A stretch of 37,115 bases of DNA from a virus (lineage: Duplodnaviria; Caudoviricetes). Where the stretch lies: IMG/VR virus record IMGVR_UViG_3300037482_000110, positions 1 through 37,115 of that record. The stretch is one strand, 5' to 3'. How positions within the stretch are numbered: position 1 is the first letter of the stretch; each line of letters begins with the position of its first letter. Shown here in pieces: positions 33,042 to 37,115 of the stretch. The notes beneath the pieces are model-generated. The model saw only the letters and a program-made list of their open reading frames with translations, did no database searches and was not told where the DNA came from. Made by a program: the position numbers and the translations under genes.

Positions 33042-33777
33042 AAGATTTGACGAGGCGTCAAGGCTGCTGCCCTCACGGATTGAAAATACCTTTGATCTTC
33101 CGAAGGTCCGGGAAATGGTTTTAGCCACAGACGAAAAGACGGTAGCGGGCTTTATCGAGTTTGAACTTATCAAGCTGGCGGAGCGGATTAATGTAGGCGG
33201 CAACCTCACACCTGGGCAGGTGGAATTTATCGCCTCACAGTTGGTCGACGCCTACCCTAACGAAACCATTGCTGATTTTAAAATATGTTTTGAGCGCGGA
33301 TCTTCCGGCGTGTACGGCAAGATATGGAAACTGGATGGGGTAGAGATCGGCAATTGGATGAAAGCCTACCTGGACGAAAAGTATCAGGTATTGGAAAATG
33401 AGTTGATGAAGGAAAAAGACCATCAATACAAACAACCGATTCAAAACACCGACTGGTTGCAATTATGGAAAGAGTCCATCGAAAAGACAGATAAGGAAGG
33501 CGGAGTAAAAACTACTACGCAAAACATCCACTTCCTAAATAATCTGCGGGGATTGACCGATCAGGAAATTAAGGAACAAGGACAGGAAAAACCAAAAGCC
33601 AAATTCCACCCAACCACCACCCCGAGCCAGGCCGCCGCCCACGAGCTCCACCTGGAATGGATCCGCCGGAACTACGACAAATACACCGGGGATAAATTAC
33701 CAACATGGATACCGGAAAAAGAATGGTTGGATAGTCTATCACAGGAAGAAAAACAAAGGATCGTTAAACCAAAATAA
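32959..33777 (+). CDS. Replication-associated protein (possible helicase loader)
   Basis: Follows the initiator; 'LT..Q...IA..L...YP..TIADF..CF..G..G.YG' pattern. Confidence 0.5.
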   Translation: MEPVKNQTQSTAVERLSQQSTVQALAVKRFDEASRLLPSRIENTFDLPKVREMVLATDEKTVAGFIEFELIKLAERINVGGNLTPGQVEFIASQLVDAYPNETIADFKICFERGSSGVYGKIWKLDGVEIGNWMKAYLDEKYQVLENELMKEKDHQYKQPIQNTDWLQLWKESIEKTDKEGGVKTTTQNIHFLNNLRGLTDQEIKEQGQEKPKAKFHPTTTPSQAAAHELHLEWIRRNYDKYTGDKLPTWIPEKEWLDSLSQEEKQRIVKPK

Positions 33778-33778
33778 C

Positions 33779-34027
33779 ATGAGCCGAATAATGGAGCAAT
33801 TGAAACGCCACATTCATGATGAACTAACAAGTGAAGTGAATGAAATGATTATTGCCCTAAAATTAAACAGCGGTGAAATCTATGATAACGCAACCGAAGA
33901 TCAACGCCTAAAAATTGATAAGGCAAGAGGCTCCCGTAAAATGCCGACCACTCAGGAACTTATTGACCTACTTGATCGCGTCCGGGATGAGATGGATAAA
34001 TGTACTATGGACTTTAAACGATACTAG
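33779..34027 (+). CDS. Hypothetical protein
   Basis: 82 aa ORF. Confidence 0.5.
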   Translation: MSRIMEQLKRHIHDELTSEVNEMIIALKLNSGEIYDNATEDQRLKIDKARGSRKMPTTQELIDLLDRVRDEMDKCTMDFKRY

Positions 34028-34056
34028 AAGGTTAATCTCTTAAACCAGTAGAAGCA

Positions 34057-34386
34057 ATGACAAAACTATTCGTAAAAATTGCAATCAAATTCCTGCGCTG
34101 GCTGATGATCAGCAAAGGAACTCATTTACACTCATTTCACCTCCTACGCGCCGGGTGGGTTATTGAGGAAGATGAAGGTATAAAGTTCTTTGTGGAGCCG
34201 CGGATAAAAAGCCGTGACAAGGTATGGATCAGTCTTCATAATTATTACTACCGGGTTTATCACGGAGAGCGCCGCACCTTTGTTTCTCTTGAGAGTACAG
34301 TTGAATGGCCGCAATTCTACCTGCTTTGTCTTGATAAAAATCTGGAATGTAAAACACGCAGACTAGAATTTACTAAGTTGAAATGA
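34057..34386 (+). CDS. Hypothetical protein
   Basis: 109 aa ORF. Confidence 0.5.
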   Translation: MTKLFVKIAIKFLRWLMISKGTHLHSFHLLRAGWVIEEDEGIKFFVEPRIKSRDKVWISLHNYYYRVYHGERRTFVSLESTVEWPQFYLLCLDKNLECKTRRLEFTKLK

Positions 34387-34410
34387 CCCGCTCATTTCAG
34401 ATAGAAAACT

Positions 34411-34794
34411 ATGTATAAACAGATCAAATCGAAAAACAAGTTTAACGCCGTCCGGTCTGAATTCCTGGGGCGCTGGTATCATTCCAAAGGAGAATGTGAG
34501 TATGCCATGGAACTGGAATGGAGAAGGAAGGCCGGCGAAATAAAGGAATGGATACCACAACATAAGATTGATCTAAAAGTGAACGGTATCCATATCTGCA
34601 ATTACACGGTAGATTTTAAGGTAATTACAAAGCATGACGGCATTGAATTTCATGAATACAAAGGAGTATCCACGCCAGATTTTCTTATCAAATGGAATTT
34701 ACTACACGCGCTCAAAGATGAAATAGAACCCGGATGTGAACTGATTTTAATAAAACATCAGTCTAAATTCAAACCGAGTAAAAAATGGAAGTAG
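34411..34794 (+). CDS. DUF1064-like PD-(D/E)XK endonuclease/resolvase
   Basis: 'NKFNA', 'SK.E..Y..EL....KAGEI', 'IC.Y.VDF...E.HEYKG'. Confidence 0.75.
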   Translation: MYKQIKSKNKFNAVRSEFLGRWYHSKGECEYAMELEWRRKAGEIKEWIPQHKIDLKVNGIHICNYTVDFKVITKHDGIEFHEYKGVSTPDFLIKWNLLHALKDEIEPGCELILIKHQSKFKPSKKWK

Positions 34795-34824
34795 TACCTA
34801 TGAAAATGAGAAACGAATGAAACT

Positions 34825-35439
34825 ATGGAAACAATCACTGAGGTAAAAGAACGCCCGATACTTTTTAGTGCCCCGATGGTGCGCGCTATTCTGGAAGGGA
34901 GAAAGACGGTAACGCGGCGGGTAGTTAAGCCGCAGCCAGACGATGATGGACTTTGGAATGACACGGACCGGCCACGATCATTGGAAAGCACTTTAAGTGG
35001 TTGGAATGGGACGGTGGATGAAACCGGGGAGTCAAAAGAATTTCGATGCCCCTATGATGCGAATGTTCTTTGGGCCCGGGAAACGTGGGCTAAAGTGAAT
35101 GGAGAAATTGCATATAAAGCCAGTAAGAAAGATTATCTATTTGCGCCCGGTGAAACGAAAGGAATCTGGAAGCCCTCCATCCACATGCCGAAAAAAGCAT
35201 GCCGCCTTCGCTTAGAAATACAATCCATCCGAGTTGAAAGGTTACACGATATAACGGAAGAAGACGCGATAAGAGAGGGGATTCACTTTGATGAGGATTC
35301 AGGATACTGGTTCGCCGGCGATGTCGCTATGAATCAAACTGCCAGAGGGTGCTTTATGGAACTATGGGTACACATCAACGGCGTTGAATCATGGAATATC
35401 AATCCATGGGTGTGGCGTATTGAATTTAAGAAGCTATGA
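34825..35439 (+). CDS. ASCH-like domain phage protein
   Basis: 'ERPILFSAPMVRAILEGRKTVTRR', 'WKPSIHMP', 'RVERLHDITEEDA..EG', 'NPWVW.IEF'. Confidence 0.75.
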   Translation: METITEVKERPILFSAPMVRAILEGRKTVTRRVVKPQPDDDGLWNDTDRPRSLESTLSGWNGTVDETGESKEFRCPYDANVLWARETWAKVNGEIAYKASKKDYLFAPGETKGIWKPSIHMPKKACRLRLEIQSIRVERLHDITEEDAIREGIHFDEDSGYWFAGDVAMNQTARGCFMELWVHINGVESWNINPWVWRIEFKKL

Positions 35440-35533
35440 ACAAGCGCCCCGACAACATCTGCCTTTGTGGCAAGGATAAGACCCGTCCCGGATGGAAGCC
35501 GTGTCATTGGTGCCCATTTAAGATAAAGAAATA

Positions 35534-35854
35534 ATGCCCTGCGATTATTCCGAATATCATCCCCGATGGACTTTAATTGTCCGGCTGATCCGAAAGCGGA
35601 GCGGCGACCGATGCGAAGGCTCTCCAAAGTTCCCGCTCTGCCGGGCAAAGAATTATGAGCCACATCCTGAAACCGGAAGTAAAGTAATTCTTACAACCGC
35701 ACACCTGGATGGGAATAAAGAGAACAATCGATTCGATAACCTGCGACATCTTTGCCAGCGCTGTCATCTCCATCACGACATCGGACATTATGTTATGAAT
35801 AGAAAATACGGCAGACATCACTCAGGAAAACATCAAACAAAATTATTCAAATGA
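35534..35854 (+). CDS. HNH endonuclease family protein
   Basis: 'RCE...C', 'VILTTAHLDGNKENN..DNL..LCQRCHL.HD'. Confidence 0.85.
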   Translation: MPCDYSEYHPRWTLIVRLIRKRSGDRCEGSPKFPLCRAKNYEPHPETGSKVILTTAHLDGNKENNRFDNLRHLCQRCHLHHDIGHYVMNRKYGRHHSGKHQTKLFK

Positions 35855-36462
35855 AATACAGAAAAAAACCAGTAGTTGTTGAGGCGATCAGGTGGACGGG
35901 GTGTATGCGTTCATTTGAGGAGATAAAGCAATTTTGCCCGGATATTGTCGATGGCGGCGCTGTATGGCATCCGTATGCTCCTCCAACAGAACCTAGCACA
36001 AGTTCATGGCCATTGTTCATCCAGACCCTTGAGGGTAATATGGCGGCTCAGATCGGTGATTATATCATTAAGGGTGTTAATGGTGAATTTTACCTATGCA
36101 AGCCGGATATTTTTGAAAAAACTTACGAGAAGGCCGGAATGAAAGCAGACGAAGAAAGCGGAATGTATGAAGAGCCGAATATTCCACACCCTCATCATAA
36201 CGCCCCTGTAGTAGCTACATTCAAACTTGACCGATTAGGAAACACAGCAGGGCCAGTTATAGAGGGAGAAAGTCAGCGGCGATGTAATCTATCTGATGAC
36301 GATCTTATTAAGCGTTGCGGGGATTGGATATCTAAACTTTGCAAAACCAGAGGGGGCGCATGGTGCCTGCGTGTACCTGTTGATTTCGATCACGACCCCG
36401 ATATGCTTTTCATCGAACTAATTCAACGATATAAAGAAACCCGTAAGAATGGAAAAGACTGA
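35851..36462 (+). CDS. Conserved phage protein (YRKKPV/TLEG/GDYII family) with C-terminal extension
   Basis: 'MKYRKKPVVVEA', 'IQTLEG.M.A..GDYIIKGV.GEFY.CKPDIF.KTYE'. Confidence 0.75.
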   Translation: MKYRKKPVVVEAIRWTGCMRSFEEIKQFCPDIVDGGAVWHPYAPPTEPSTSSWPLFIQTLEGNMAAQIGDYIIKGVNGEFYLCKPDIFEKTYEKAGMKADEESGMYEEPNIPHPHHNAPVVATFKLDRLGNTAGPVIEGESQRRCNLSDDDLIKRCGDWISKLCKTRGGAWCLRVPVDFDHDPDMLFIELIQRYKETRKNGKD

Positions 36463-36841
36463 GAAGCCAGATTTAGTGATTTACTCCGATAATAAGGGGA
36501 ATGTAGACCAACAACAAGTAGGTAAAATGATTGCCTATTTTCAGGAGAGAATATCAGAACTTCAAGAGGAAAAACAAGAACGCTACGAACTAGCCCTTGC
36601 AAGAATAGCAGAACTGGAAGATCAAGTTGACAGCCTGAAAAAAGCAATCATCAATGGTAACAATCTATACGCAAATCTCAAATGGGACGATGACGAATTA
36701 ACCCCGTACATGAAGCTGGAAAAAGAACTCTCCGACACAAAAGCAAATCTGGGACGGGCGTACAACGGAATCAAGCATCGTGACCAGAAAATCCAGGCCT
36801 ACAAAGAATATATGGAAAGGAACGGGATACCGCCGTTCTAA
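36449..36841 (+). CDS. Coiled-coil hypothetical protein
   Basis: 130 aa with heptad pattern. Confidence 0.55.
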   Translation: MEKTEKPDLVIYSDNKGNVDQQQVGKMIAYFQERISELQEEKQERYELALARIAELEDQVDSLKKAIINGNNLYANLKWDDDELTPYMKLEKELSDTKANLGRAYNGIKHRDQKIQAYKEYMERNGIPPF

Positions 36842-36896
36842 CAAAAGAAATAGACTGAACGTTGTAAGTTTTATATGAAATTTATATCTTAATAAC

Positions 36897-37115
36897 ATGA
36901 AAGAAATAAAATTAACACAAGGTAAAGTCGCGATTGTTGATGATGAGGATTTTGAATCACTTAATCAATTTAATTGGATAGCTTCAATGAAGAAATATAC
37001 TTGTTATGCAGTCAGGACGATAAAAATAAATGGTAGTTATAAAAAACTTCATATGCACCGGGAAATTTTAAATGCCCCACAAAATATGCAGGTTGATCAT
37101 AAAGATCATAATGGA
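36897..37115 (+). CDS. HNH homing endonuclease (HNH-AP2 type likely), truncated by the window edge
   Basis: MKEIKLTQGKVAIVDDEDFESLNQFNW...YAVR...MHREILNAP...VDHKDHNG. Confidence 0.8.
   Translation, partial: MKEIKLTQGKVAIVDDEDFESLNQFNWIASMKKYTCYAVRTIKINGSYKKLHMHREILNAPQNMQVDHKDHNG

Larger units (their letters stand above)
1..37115. mobile_element. Temperate siphovirus-like phage genome segment (likely Bacteroidota host), excised/attP form
   Basis: Terminase, portal, capsid, tape measure, integrase, repressor and replication genes; no host housekeeping genes; att-like tRNA fragment is internal. Confidence 0.95.

Noticed and set aside
1-37115. Alternative genetic code (stop-codon reassignment)
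   Set aside because: Long genes are intact under the standard code and TAA, TGA and TAG all terminate genes

Overview
The window is most of the genome of a temperate, tailed (siphovirus-like) phage, very probably of a Bacteroidota host. The host call rests on TAnnTTTG -7 promoter boxes, A/C-rich leaders without Shine-Dalgarno sequences, and an IntDOT-like integrase. The left arm (minus strand, 19.4 kb down to <1) is the morphogenesis module in an unusual order: terS, terL, tail chaperone pair with a -1 frameshift, tail completion/tip genes, tape measure, ClpP-type protease/scaffold, major capsid, duplicated decoration proteins, tail tube, portal, adaptor, and a truncated virion protein (missed by the ORF track) with a GH29 fucosidase-like domain. 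The centre holds an attP-like site carrying the 5' half of tRNA-Arg(TCT), a tyrosine integrase, a candidate sRNA and a divergent repressor/cro switch. The right arm (plus strand) holds early and replication genes: hexapeptide-repeat protein, Bet recombinase, YopX, DNA methyltransferase, DUF1376 initiator with iterons, DUF1064 and HNH nucleases. Phage genes lie on both sides of the tRNA fragment, so this looks like the excised or virion form. No lysis cassette, reverse transcriptase or CRISPR array was recognised. All calls come from manual motif reading; no database searches were run.
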